NCBI GenBank assembly: GCA_009694185.1
Contig: SHVR01000005.1
Coordinates: 10,468-74,467 of the forward strand
DNA length: 64,000 bases
From: Alphaproteobacteria bacterium
Lineage (GTDB): Bacteria; Pseudomonadota; Alphaproteobacteria; SHVR01
Direction: 5' to 3'
A model generated the notes under the pieces. The model was not told where the DNA came from. It was given only the letters and a program-made list of their open reading frames with translations, and did no database searches. The position numbers were made by a program, and so were the translations under genes. Shown here piece after piece: positions 1 through 9,340 of this stretch (its first letter is position 1; every line of letters begins with the position of its first letter).

Positions 1-502
1 TCTGGTGCAGCGGGTCCTCAGTATGATTGCCCGCAATTGCGACGCAGCCGTGCCCGAACCCGGCCCGCACAGCGAGGAAGACACGCAACTACTTGATAGC
101 GCGGGGAAATTGCTGGTGACTCTGCGGCGGAGCATGGACGCGCAGTCGTTTCACGAGGGCCTCGAGGCAATTTGGGCGGTGGTGCGCGCCGCCAACGTCT
201 ATGTCGACCGCCAGGCACCCTGGAGCCTGCGCAAAACCGATCCGGCGCGGATGCAAACCGTGCTGTATGTCTTGAGCGAAGCGATTCGCCACCTGGCGAT
301 CCTGACCCAACCGATCATGCCCGGCTCGGCGGGTCGTATCCTGGACCAGCTCGGGGTGCCAGAAACCGCTCGGACGTTCAACCATTTGGCCATTTGTCTC
401 GAACCCGGAACGAAATTGCCGAACCCGGCGCCGATCTTTCCCAGGTTCGTTGCGGATGCCGAACAAGCGGCCCCGGCCGGGACTTCCGGAGATGGGCGGT
501 AA
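1..502 (+). CDS. metG: methionyl-tRNA synthetase, C-terminal fragment (anticodon-binding region); 5' end lies outside the window
   Basis: The ORF runs in frame from the window start with no start codon inside. Its sequence fits the MetRS C-terminal anticodon-binding helical domain. tatD follows it, which is the conserved metG-tatD arrangement. Confidence 0.8.
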   Translation, partial: LVQRVLSMIARNCDAAVPEPGPHSEEDTQLLDSAGKLLVTLRRSMDAQSFHEGLEAIWAVVRAANVYVDRQAPWSLRKTDPARMQTVLYVLSEAIRHLAILTQPIMPGSAGRILDQLGVPETARTFNHLAICLEPGTKLPNPAPIFPRFVADAEQAAPAGTSGDGR

Positions 503-1293
503 TGCTGGTCGACAGCCATTGCCATCTCGACTCCGGGACGCTCGCCGCGGAGCTCGACCAGGTCGTGGCGCGCGCCCATGCCGCCGGAGTCGGGCTCATG
601 GTGACGATCTGCACCCGGCCGAAGCACTTGTCCGAGGTGCTGGCGCTGGTTGAGCGCTATCCAAGTGTTTATTGCGCCGTCGGCGTGCATCCGCATTATG
701 TGGCGGAGGAGGGGCTGTTGCCAGTCGAAGCGCTGGTGGAACTATCTCGCCATCCCCGGCTCGTCGGCATCGGCGAAACCGGGCTCGACTATCACTACGA
801 CCGCAGCCCGCGCGAACTACAACAAGCGAGCTTCCGCAATCATATTCGGGCGGCGCGTTTGGCCGGATTGCCGTTTATCGTCCATTCGCGCAACGCCGAT
901 GCCGATACCGCGGCGATTTTGAGCGAGGAATTGTCGAAGGGTCCCGTTTCCGGGGTGATGCATTGCTTCAGCTCGGGACGCGATCTGGCCCTGAAGGCGG
1001 TCGGCCTCGGGCTCTATGTCTCGCTCGCCGGGATCGTTACCTTTGCCAATAGCGGGGCACTCCGCGACACGGTTCGCGAACTTCCCATGGATCGCCTGCT
1101 GGTGGAGACCGACGCGCCCTACCTCGCACCGGTGCCGATGCGCGGCAAACGCAACGAGCCCGCTTTCGTCGCCCACACGGCCGCGACCATGGCGCAATTG
1201 AAGGCCGTCACCATGGCCGAGTTCGAGCGCCAGAGTACCGGCAATTTCTTTCGTCTTTTCAATAAAATCCCCGCAAAAGTGCCGGACCTGTGA
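502..1293 (+). CDS. tatD: TatD-family metal-dependent deoxyribonuclease/hydrolase
   Basis: It begins MLVDSHCHLD, the HxH metal-binding motif, and shows TIM-barrel TatD signatures (GIGETGLDY, VHSR, ETDAPYL). The ATG overlaps the metG stop as TAATG. Confidence 0.9.
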   Translation: MLVDSHCHLDSGTLAAELDQVVARAHAAGVGLMVTICTRPKHLSEVLALVERYPSVYCAVGVHPHYVAEEGLLPVEALVELSRHPRLVGIGETGLDYHYDRSPRELQQASFRNHIRAARLAGLPFIVHSRNADADTAAILSEELSKGPVSGVMHCFSSGRDLALKAVGLGLYVSLAGIVTFANSGALRDTVRELPMDRLLVETDAPYLAPVPMRGKRNEPAFVAHTAATMAQLKAVTMAEFERQSTGNFFRLFNKIPAKVPDL

Positions 1294-2063
1294 TGCGCGT
1301 CACGGTGCTCGGCAGCGGCGCCTCGGGCGGCGTGCCACTGGTGGGCGGCGTGTGGGGCGCCTGTGACCCCGCCAATCCACGCAATCGGCGCCTCAGGCCA
1401 TCCTTGCTGGTTGAAGGGGCGGGCGCCAGCATCCTGATCGACACCTCGCCGGACCTCCGGGCGCAACTGCTGGCGAGCGCCGTCGGCCGGCTCGATGCCG
1501 TCCTTTATACCCATGCCCACGCCGACCATGTGCACGGCATCGACGATTTGCGGGCGCTGAACTTTGCCACCGGCGCCGCCATTCCGGCCTATGGCAGCGC
1601 CAAAACCTTGGCCGAGATTGCCGATCGTTTCGGGTACGCTTTCATCAAGTCGGCGCCGCCCCAGAAGCCGGGCTGGACCCGTCCGGAGCTGACGCCCCAT
1701 GTCATCACCGGCCCATTCCAGATTGCCGGGCTGGAGATCGTGCCGTTCGACCAGGACCATCACGTCACCATCAGCACCGGTTTCCGGATCGGCCGGTTCG
1801 CTTATTCGACGGACGTGGTTCGCCTCGACGAGGCGGCGTTCGCCACGCTCGCCGGGATCGAGGTCTGGGTGGTGAGTTGCCTTCGCGAAGAGCCGCACCC
1901 GATCCACGCCCATCTCGAGTGGGTGCTCGGCTGGATCGAGCGCCTGCGGCCGCAGCGGGCCATCCTCACCCATATGAATCACAGCCTCGACTATGCGACC
2001 CTGGCCCGGAAACTGCCGCCGGGCGTCGAGCCGGGCTATGACGGACTGGTTTTGGAGGTATGA
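1290..2063 (+). CDS. MBL-fold metallo-hydrolase (PhnP/GPMBL-like)
   Basis: The HAHADHVHG metallo-beta-lactamase motif is present. Its start overlaps the tatD stop by 4 nt. Confidence 0.85.
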   Translation: MMRVTVLGSGASGGVPLVGGVWGACDPANPRNRRLRPSLLVEGAGASILIDTSPDLRAQLLASAVGRLDAVLYTHAHADHVHGIDDLRALNFATGAAIPAYGSAKTLAEIADRFGYAFIKSAPPQKPGWTRPELTPHVITGPFQIAGLEIVPFDQDHHVTISTGFRIGRFAYSTDVVRLDEAAFATLAGIEVWVVSCLREEPHPIHAHLEWVLGWIERLRPQRAILTHMNHSLDYATLARKLPPGVEPGYDGLVLEV

Positions 2064-2135
2064 CGGAATATTTACCATAATGTATATTATGCGACTTATC
2101 GATACACGGAAATACCCCCTGGAGCGAGACATCCC

Positions 2136-2948
2136 ATGACTTCCCCGCCGGCCATCGACCGTCTGATCCAGATCATGCGGCGGCTGCGCGACCCCGATGG
2201 TGGCTGCCCCTGGGACCTGGAGCAGACCTTCCGGACCATCGCACCCTATACGATCGAGGAAGCCTATGAGGTGGCCGAAGCCATTGCCGACGGCGACATG
2301 ACGGCACTCCGTCACGAGCTCGGTGATCTGCTGTTACAGGTCGTCTATCATGCCCAAATGGCGAGCGAGGCCGGCGCCTTCGCCTTCGACGATGTCGTGA
2401 TGGCGATTTCCGACAAGATGGTGGCGCGTCATCGCCATGTCTTCGGCCCGGCCGAAATCCTGTCCGCCGAAGCTCAAACTGGGGCTTGGGAGGACCACAA
2501 GGCGGCCGAACGCGCCCGCCGGGCGGTGGAATTGGGCCGGGCACCCGGTGTCCTCGATGCCGTGCCCCTCGCCCTGCCGGCGCTGACCCGGGCCGAGAAA
2601 TTGCAAAAACGGGCCGCCCGCGTCGGGTTCGATTGGCCGGATGTGGCCGAGGTTCACGACAAGCTCGCCGAGGAGCTGGGTGAGTTGCGCCATGAGGTGG
2701 ACATCGGGGCGCCATCCGAAAGACTGGCCGACGAACTCGGCGATGTGCTCTTTGCGGTCACCAATTTGGCCCGCCATCTGGGCGTCGACCCGGAAGCAGC
2801 GCTGCGGGGCACCAACGCCAAGTTCGAACGTCGGTTTCGGTGGATCGAAGGCCGGCTGGCCGAACAGGGCCGCTCCCCGGAAGAGGCCAGCCTCGCGGAG
2901 ATGGAGGCCTTATGGCTTGAGGGGAAGGATCGGGAACGCCCCGAATAG
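2136..2948 (+). CDS. mazG: nucleoside triphosphate pyrophosphohydrolase MazG
   Basis: Tandem MazG EEXXE/EXXD boxes are present (EEAYEVAEAI, ELGDLLLQV, EELGELRHEV, ELGDVLFAV). Confidence 0.9.
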   Translation: MTSPPAIDRLIQIMRRLRDPDGGCPWDLEQTFRTIAPYTIEEAYEVAEAIADGDMTALRHELGDLLLQVVYHAQMASEAGAFAFDDVVMAISDKMVARHRHVFGPAEILSAEAQTGAWEDHKAAERARRAVELGRAPGVLDAVPLALPALTRAEKLQKRAARVGFDWPDVAEVHDKLAEELGELRHEVDIGAPSERLADELGDVLFAVTNLARHLGVDPEAALRGTNAKFERRFRWIEGRLAEQGRSPEEASLAEMEALWLEGKDRERPE

Positions 2949-3067
2949 GGTGTAACGCTTTTAACCCATATAACGACGGCCAAGGTCGGCGGGTCCCGTT
3001 TTCGAACCGAAGGGCATGAATTCCGATCGTTCCGCGGGCGCCGCCCCGATGCCGACTGTCCCAAGGC

Positions 3068-3441
3068 TCAGGTGACGGTCCCGCGCCAGACCGTGAAACC
3101 GAACAGCGCCATGGCCAGGATCGTAACGAGCGCGCCGGCAATAGCGAGGGGCTCGCCGGCATGGCCGGAATGGACCAACGCGACGCCTGGGATCATAACA
3201 ATCAGGCCAACCTGGGCGAGCCAGAATTGGGCACGCGGCACGGCGCCTTCGGCGGCCTTTGGGCACAGGCGGTAGACCGCGCCGTAGAGAGCCATGGACA
3301 CCCAGCCGAGCAGTAGCAGATGGGCATGGGCCGGATATGTGCTGTGATCCCTGCTCACGCCCATGGCGATGCCCCAGATCATACCGATGAGAGCATAAAG
3401 GACGGCGGCACGGAAATAGCGATTGGCGAAGGCTTCGGTCA
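3068..3441 (-). CDS. small hypothetical integral membrane protein, about 4 TM helices
   Basis: It consists of four hydrophobic segments. An internal ATG at 3441 sits downstream of an AT-rich palindromic promoter island. I could not recognise a family. Confidence 0.5.
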
Positions 3442-3510
3442 TGTGGCACCTCGACGGAGACGCAGGATTATCGAACCTCAAAATAGGTGTTAATTCATAA
3501 TCCTATAGAA

Positions 3511-4338
3511 TTATGTTGAGGCGACACTCAAGACCGGCTGGATGAGGGTGCGGTCGATATCTTCCCAGACGGCGCGATCGGGCGCCACCACCATGCCCGG
3601 GGTGGACTTGGTCGGCCGATAGGGTGCGCCATCGAAGAGAGCCACATGGCCGCCGGCTTCCTGGTGCAGCAGACAGCCGGCCGCGTGGTCCCAGGGGTTG
3701 AGGCGGGTATAGACGCCGAAATGCATGCGGCCCCAGAACCGCGCCAGATATTCCTGGCCCACACTCCTGGTGTTGAAGACGAGACCGAGTCTGCCCCGGC
3801 CGCGTGCCCATAGGCCGCGATAGGCCTCGCTTTCGCGGAACCGTCGACCATAGATCGAGCCCGTCATGTGGTAGAGGTTGTTGGGCCGGGCGATAGTGAG
3901 CTTGCGGCCATCCATGGTGGCGCCGTCGCCCAAGCTGCCCATGGCCATGCGCCGACCGACCGGATCGTAAATCCACCCCGCCCGGGTCTCGCCGTTCATG
4001 ACCAGTGCCACGATGACCGCGAACAACGGCACACCGGCCGCAAAATTGGCGGTGCCGTCCAGAGGGTCGATGACCCAGACCGGGGATGGACTAACCAGGG
4101 CATCGGCCAAACGCGGATTGTCGGCGAATGCCTCCTCGCCCAATACGACGGAGCCGGGCAAGAGGTCCGCCAGGACCCGGCCGAGCCGCTTCTCCATGGC
4201 CAGGTCGGCCACGGTGACGAAATCGTTCGGCGCCTTCTCGGCCACATCGGCCGGATCGAGGGCGCTGAAGCGCGACAGAATCTCTTCCGCCGCGGCCTCG
4301 CGGATGAGGGCGGCAACGCGATCCGGATCGGTCGGCAA
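3511..4338 (-). CDS. inositol monophosphatase family protein (SuhB/CysQ-like)
   Basis: It carries the IMPase motifs VLGEE and WVIDPLDGTANF. The start is a TTG at 4338, shown as M in the ORF track. Confidence 0.8.
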   Translation of the reverse strand: MPTDPDRVAALIREAAAEEILSRFSALDPADVAEKAPNDFVTVADLAMEKRLGRVLADLLPGSVVLGEEAFADNPRLADALVSPSPVWVIDPLDGTANFAAGVPLFAVIVALVMNGETRAGWIYDPVGRRMAMGSLGDGATMDGRKLTIARPNNLYHMTGSIYGRRFRESEAYRGLWARGRGRLGLVFNTRSVGQEYLARFWGRMHFGVYTRLNPWDHAAGCLLHQEAGGHVALFDGAPYRPTKSTPGMVVAPDRAVWEDIDRTLIQPVLSVAST

Positions 4339-4362
4339 CGAGCGCGCCCCGATCGTGCCCGA

Positions 4363-4650
4363 CTAAGCTACCACCCCTAAAATGTCCGACTCTTTCATGA
4401 TCATGAGGTCGTCGCCGTCCATCTTGATTTCGGTACCCGACCATTTGCCGTAGAGCACCCTGTCACCAACCTTGACGGCCATCGGTTGCAGCGTGCCGCC
4501 CTCGTCCCGGGCCCCGGGACCAACGGCCAACACTTTGCCTTCCATCGGCTTTTCCTGGACCGTGTCGGGGATAATGATGCCGCCAGGGGACTTCTGGTCG
4601 GCCTTGACGGGTTTGATCAAGACACGGTCTTGGAGCGGTTTGAAGGCCAT
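4363..4650 (-). CDS. groES: co-chaperonin GroES (Cpn10), orphan copy with no groEL
   Basis: [14 protein letters not shown]...GGIIIPDT...KVGDRVLY...ESDILGVV aligns along the full length with GroES (95 aa). A GGAGAG RBS lies 6 nt upstream of the ATG at 4650. The next gene downstream is the IMPase, not groEL. Confidence 0.85.
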   Translation of the reverse strand: MAFKPLQDRVLIKPVKADQKSPGGIIIPDTVQEKPMEGKVLAVGPGARDEGGTLQPMAVKVGDRVLYGKWSGTEIKMDGDDLMIMKESDILGVVA

Positions 4651-4716
4651 TATTCTCTCCATTGAACGGGGCCATCGCATGGGGCGGGTGGACCCTATCC
4701 GGGAGTGGGTGCGGAA

Positions 4717-6012
4717 TCAAATACCGATATTCGGAAAACGGTGCTGGAAGCGGGCGAGATCCGCGCTTTCCAGGCCAACCGCCATATGGGCACTGGCCGA
4801 GTCGTCCTCGCGGGCAACGACTTGGCCGTGACTGTAGAGCCAGGCGATGGCGGCGCCGTCGCTGAGTGGCAAGACGAGGCGGACGACGCGCCGGCTGTCG
4901 CCGAGCGCCCGGTCGATCACCTTAAGTAGGACATCGCTCCCTTCGCCGGTCAACGCGGAAACCGGAACCGCGTTGCGCGCGCCGTGTTCGGGCCCGGCGT
5001 ACGGCGGCAACAGGTCGATCTTGTTCAGGACCTCGACGATCCGACCATCCTCGCCACAGTCGATGCCAAGCTCTTGCAAGACGATCTCGACGTCGCGTTT
5101 TTGAGCGTCGCTGTCGGGCTCGGCGATATCGCGGACATGCAGGATCAAGTCGGCCGAGAGGACTTCTTCGAGCGTCGCGCGGAACGCTGCAACGAGTTGG
5201 GTCGGCAGGCGGGAGATGAACCCGACCGTGTCCGACAGGATCACCCGTCGTCCGGACGGCAGCACCAGAGCCCGCATGGTCGGGTCGAGGGTGGCGAACA
5301 GCATGTCCACTGCCACGACCTCGGCCTTGGTCAGGCGGTTAAAGAGGGTGGACTTGCCGGCGTTGGTGTAACCGACCAGCGCCACCACCGGATAGGGCAC
5401 GCGCTGGCGGGCCTCGCGATGCAGGCCCCGGGTCCGGGTCACCGTTTCGAGCTCGCGCTTGATCTTGGCGATGCGCTCGTCGATCAGGCGCCGGTCGATT
5501 TCGAGCTGGCTTTCGCCGGGTCCACCCAGGAAACCGAAGCCACCCCGCTGGCGCTCCAGATGCGTCCAGGATCGGACCAGGCGGGTGCGCTGATAACCGA
5601 GTGCCGCGAGCTCTACCTGCAGGCGGCCTTCACGGGTCTGGGCCCGCTCGCCAAAAATCTCCAGAATGAGCCCGGTCCGGTCGATGACCTTGGCCTTCCA
5701 GGCGCGCTCCAAATTACGCTGCTGTACCGGTGTGACCGGACCGTCGACCACCACCAGGTCGGCCTCGTCCAGGGCCACCTGCTCGCCGATCGCCGTCACC
5801 TGCCCCGGTCCGAACAGCGTCGCCGGCCGCGCCCGCGGCACCGTTATGGCGCGCCGGCCAACGACGGTCAGATTTATCGCGGCCGCTAGGCCGACCGCCT
5901 CGTCAAGGCGTGCCTCGGCGCTCCGCGCCTCCGGGCTCCGGTCGGCGCGCAGAATTGGCAGCAGAACGAGTGCCCGCCCCGTCGCCTGGCCTCGAACCGC
6001 CGCCCCAGTCAC
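4717..6012 (-). CDS. hflX: GTPase HflX
   Basis: The G-domain motifs [17 protein letters not shown] and NKID are present together with the HflX N-terminal domain. It lies immediately downstream of hfq. Confidence 0.95.
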   Translation of the reverse strand: MTGAAVRGQATGRALVLLPILRADRSPEARSAEARLDEAVGLAAAINLTVVGRRAITVPRARPATLFGPGQVTAIGEQVALDEADLVVVDGPVTPVQQRNLERAWKAKVIDRTGLILEIFGERAQTREGRLQVELAALGYQRTRLVRSWTHLERQRGGFGFLGGPGESQLEIDRRLIDERIAKIKRELETVTRTRGLHREARQRVPYPVVALVGYTNAGKSTLFNRLTKAEVVAVDMLFATLDPTMRALVLPSGRRVILSDTVGFISRLPTQLVAAFRATLEEVLSADLILHVRDIAEPDSDAQKRDVEIVLQELGIDCGEDGRIVEVLNKIDLLPPYAGPEHGARNAVPVSALTGEGSDVLLKVIDRALGDSRRVVRLVLPLSDGAAIAWLYSHGQVVAREDDSASAHMAVGLESADLARFQHRFPNIGI

Positions 6013-6269
6013 TCGGCCGCAACCGCTGCTTCGTCTTCGGCGTTCTCGAACAATTGGATCGGCCCGGCCGGCATCACGGTCGATATCGCGTGCTTGTAGA
6101 CCAGTTGCGAATGGCTATCCCGGCGCAGCAACACCGAAAAATTGTCAAACCAGCCGATCACTCCCTGCAATTTGACCCCATTGATCAGGAAGATCGTCAA
6201 TGGGGTCTTGGTCTTGCGGACATGGTTAAGGAAAACATCCTGAAGGTTTTGGTTTTTTTGCGCTGTCAT
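6009..6269 (-). CDS. hfq: RNA chaperone Hfq
   Basis: Sm1/Sm2 motifs are present ([46 protein letters not shown]). The stop overlaps the hflX start by 4 nt. Confidence 0.97.
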   Translation of the reverse strand: MTAQKNQNLQDVFLNHVRKTKTPLTIFLINGVKLQGVIGWFDNFSVLLRRDSHSQLVYKHAISTVMPAGPIQLFENAEDEAAVAAE

Positions 6270-6371
6270 AGCCGATCCCTGTTTTGTTTTCGGCGCTCGG
6301 CCAGTGACCGAACCCCATATTTTTAAGTACTTACCAAGAGACGATCGCCGCCATCTTCCCGGACCCGACTA

Positions 6372-7046
6372 TCATATGGAAAATCGGCGGCCCCGAACAA
6401 GGTCTACCAGCCCGGCCAGCCCGAGAAATTCCAAATCGGGCCGATGCTCGTCGCCGAGCGGGTTCGGATTGCCGCCCGCCTGACTGACGATGAGCGCCAG
6501 GCAGCCGGCATTGCGGGCGCATTGAAGATCAGTCACGGAATCGCCGACCAGCCAGACATCCTCGCCGGCCGCGATCTCCGAGCCCTGGAGCGCCAGATGG
6601 ACGGGTGCGGCGGCGGGCTTGTCTTCGGCCGCGTCGCCGGCGCCGACGATCCGGCTGAAATAATGCGCCCAGCCGAGATGCTCCACCTCAAGCCGGAGAT
6701 AACCGCCTTGTTTGTTGCTCACGAGGGCAAGATAGAAACCGGCATCGGCGACGGCGGCCAAGAGTTCCGGGGCTTCGGGCAGCACGCGGAGATCCGCCAG
6801 ATGCCGCGCTTCGAACTCGCCATAGAATTGCTCGCGGGCGGCTTGCCAGTTGGCGCCGAAAATGCGCGGGAAGCTGTCGCGTTGCGAGCCGCTGATGCGG
6901 GCGTAAGTCTCGGCCATGCTCCAGGGCGCCATGCCGTGGCGGGCCAATGTGGCGTTGAGCGCGGCGTGGATGACCGGCCAATTGTCCACGAGCGTGCCGT
7001 CCCAGTCGAACAGGACGGCGCGGGGGCTGGGCGGCGGCTCCGTCAC
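6372..7046 (-). CDS. HAD-superfamily hydrolase (phosphoglycolate phosphatase-like)
   Basis: It has DWDGTLVD (HAD motif I), a motif II threonine/serine, and the motif III/IV lysine and GDSVTD. Confidence 0.8.
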   Translation of the reverse strand: MTEPPPSPRAVLFDWDGTLVDNWPVIHAALNATLARHGMAPWSMAETYARISGSQRDSFPRIFGANWQAAREQFYGEFEARHLADLRVLPEAPELLAAVADAGFYLALVSNKQGGYLRLEVEHLGWAHYFSRIVGAGDAAEDKPAAAPVHLALQGSEIAAGEDVWLVGDSVTDLQCARNAGCLALIVSQAGGNPNPLGDEHRPDLEFLGLAGLVDLVRGRRFSI

Positions 7047-7906
7047 CGCGTGGCCCCGGCGCCGGTCATGTAGCCGCGATAGGCCGCGTATAATTTCTGG
7101 GCGATCGAGCCGGGCTTGCCATTGCCGACCACGGCCTCGTCGATCTCGACCACCGGCGTCACATAGGACGTGGCACTGGTAACGAACGCTTCCCTGGCCC
7201 GCTTCGCCTCTTCGAGGCTGAACGGCCGCTCGACAAAATCGAGGCCCTCCTCGCGCACCAACTGGAGGACCGAGCGCCGGGTGATCCCACTCAGGATCTC
7301 GTGCCCGGATGGGCGGGTGACCAGCTCGCCTTCGCGGGTCACGATCCAGGCATTGGACGAGCCGCCCTCGGTCACGTTGCCGTCTTCGTCGACGAGCCAG
7401 GCTTCATAGGCGCCGGCTTCGCGCGCCTGCTGCTTGGCAAGGACGTTGGGCAGCAGCGACACCGTCTTGATGTCGCACCGCCCCCAGCGGATATCCGGCA
7501 CCGAGATCACCTTCACGCCGTCCTCCATCATGGCGGCCCCCGGACGCGGCCGGCGGGCGGCCGTGATCACAACCGCCGGCTGCGCCAGCTTCGGGAATGG
7601 ATGATCGCGGCGGGCCACACCCCGGGTCATTTGGATATAGATGATCCCATGCTGGAAATAGTTCCGGCGCAAGACTTCGCGCATGGCGATCTTGAGCGCG
7701 GCGCGCCGGATCGGCCAAGCGATGCGCAATTCCCGGAGCGAGCGATCGAGGCGATCGAGATGGGGCTCCTCGTCCACCAGCAGGTCATCGACCACCGGCA
7801 CCACTTCATAGACACCGTCGGCAAACTGATAGCCGCGGTCCTCGACATGCACGCTCGCCTGGCGGTGCGGCACATAGCGACCGTTGACATAGGCAATTCT
7901 GGACAT
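7043..7906 (-). CDS. dat: D-amino-acid (class IV) aminotransferase
   Basis: MSRIAYVNGRYVPH is the typical N-terminus and the fold-type IV PLP aminotransferase pattern is present, including the catalytic Lys region. Confidence 0.8.
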   Translation of the reverse strand: MSRIAYVNGRYVPHRQASVHVEDRGYQFADGVYEVVPVVDDLLVDEEPHLDRLDRSLRELRIAWPIRRAALKIAMREVLRRNYFQHGIIYIQMTRGVARRDHPFPKLAQPAVVITAARRPRPGAAMMEDGVKVISVPDIRWGRCDIKTVSLLPNVLAKQQAREAGAYEAWLVDEDGNVTEGGSSNAWIVTREGELVTRPSGHEILSGITRRSVLQLVREEGLDFVERPFSLEEAKRAREAFVTSATSYVTPVVEIDEAVVGNGKPGSIAQKLYAAYRGYMTGAGATR

Positions 7907-7939
7907 GGCGTCACCCCTCCAATCAGAAAAACCGGCGTC

Positions 7940-9340
7940 CTAACCCCGTTCCGCCGACATTGCCACGCCGAGCAGCTTGAGCTTGCGGTGCAAGGCCGAG
8001 CGCTCCATGCCGATAAAGCTTGCCGTGCGCGAGATGTTGCCGCCAAACCGGTTGACCTGCGCCATCAGATATTCGCGCTCGAACATCTCGCGCGCGTCGC
8101 GCAACGGCAGGCTCATCATCTCGCCGCCCTTGTCGGAGCGCAGCATGGCCGGCGTGATGGCGAAGATTTCCGGCGGCAGCATGTCGGCGCGGAGCGTCTG
8201 GCGCGGATCGCCGGGCACCATGATTAGCAGCCAGTCGATGACGTTGCGAAGCTGGCGGACATTGCCGGGCCAGTCATAGGACTGTAATGCCGCCAGCGCG
8301 TCCTCGCCAAGGTCGCGGGCGGGCAAGCCGGACACCATGGTCGCGTGCGCGAGCAGATGGCGGGCGAGCACCGGTATGTCCTCCCGGCGATGGCGCAAGG
8401 CGGGTATGTGCAGCGGCACGACGTTCAAACGATAGAACAGGTCTTCGCGAAAGTGCTGCGACTCGATTTCCGCCGCCAGATCCTTGTTGGTCGACGCGAT
8501 GACACGGACGTCGACCTCGACCCGCCGCGTTCCGCCCAAGCGTTCGAAGGTCTGCTCTTGCAGCACCCGGACGATCTTACCCTGGGTCTCAAGGGGCATG
8601 TCGGCCACCTCGTCGAGGAACAGGGTGCCGCCGTGGGCCTGCTCGAAAAAACCGATCTTGCGACCGCCTTCCCCATTGCCCAAGGCCCGCTCGGTCCCAA
8701 ACAGTTCGATCTCCATGCGGTCCGGACTCATGGCCGCGCAGTTGACCACGATGAATGGCGCTTCCGCCCGGCGCGACTGAGCGTGCAGGACCCTGGCGGC
8801 GAGCTCCTTACCGGAACCGGCCGGCCCCGTAATCAAGACGCGGCTGCCGGACGGTGCCACCCGCTCGATCGCCTGACGCAGCGCATGGGTCGCCGCCGAG
8901 ACACCGATCAACGCCCTCTCGCCGCCCGCCCGCAGCCTGAGCTCGAGATTCTCCCGCTTGAGGCGCGCCGCCTCGATCGCGCGTTCGGCGACGAGCAGCA
9001 GGCGGCTGCTCTTGAACGGCTTTTCGATGAAGTCGTAGGCCCCTTCCTTGATCGCCGCGACGGCGGTCTCGACGGTGCCATGACCGCTGATCATGACGAC
9101 CGGCAAATTGGGATGATCCTGCTTGACGGCGCGCAGGACGTCGATGCCGTCGGTTGGGCTACCCTCCAGCCAGACGTCGAGAATGACCAGGCTGGGCGGG
9201 CGCTTGCGGACCGCCTCGATGGCCTCGGTGGAGTCTCGGGCCTCGCGCGCGGTGTAACCCTCGTCTTCCAGGATGCCGCCGATCAGCATCCGGATGTCGG
9301 CCTCGTCGTCCACGATGAGAACTTCATGCGCCATGGGCAT
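7940..9340 (-). CDS. ntrX: sigma-54-dependent response regulator NtrX
   Basis: A REC domain (LIVDDE...D) is followed by a sigma-54 AAA+ domain (GPAGSGKE, GAFTGA-like ERALGNGEGG, and [15 protein letters not shown] for the ESELFGHE motif) and a C-terminal HTH. It lies downstream of ntrY. Confidence 0.9.
   Translation of the reverse strand: MPMAHEVLIVDDEADIRMLIGGILEDEGYTAREARDSTEAIEAVRKRPPSLVILDVWLEGSPTDGIDVLRAVKQDHPNLPVVMISGHGTVETAVAAIKEGAYDFIEKPFKSSRLLLVAERAIEAARLKRENLELRLRAGGERALIGVSAATHALRQAIERVAPSGSRVLITGPAGSGKELAARVLHAQSRRAEAPFIVVNCAAMSPDRMEIELFGTERALGNGEGGRKIGFFEQAHGGTLFLDEVADMPLETQGKIVRVLQEQTFERLGGTRRVEVDVRVIASTNKDLAAEIESQHFREDLFYRLNVVPLHIPALRHRREDIPVLARHLLAHATMVSGLPARDLGEDALAALQSYDWPGNVRQLRNVIDWLLIMVPGDPRQTLRADMLPPEIFAITPAMLRSDKGGEMMSLPLRDAREMFEREYLMAQVNRFGGNISRTASFIGMERSALHRKLKLLGVAMSAERG

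Noticed and set aside
2948-3068. Possible tRNA or small RNA in the mazG / membrane-protein convergent spacer (ttttcgaacc resembles a T-loop)
   Set aside because: I could not build a cloverleaf: there is no acceptor stem or anticodon arm complementarity around the TTCGAA. It is probably just terminator or spacer sequence.
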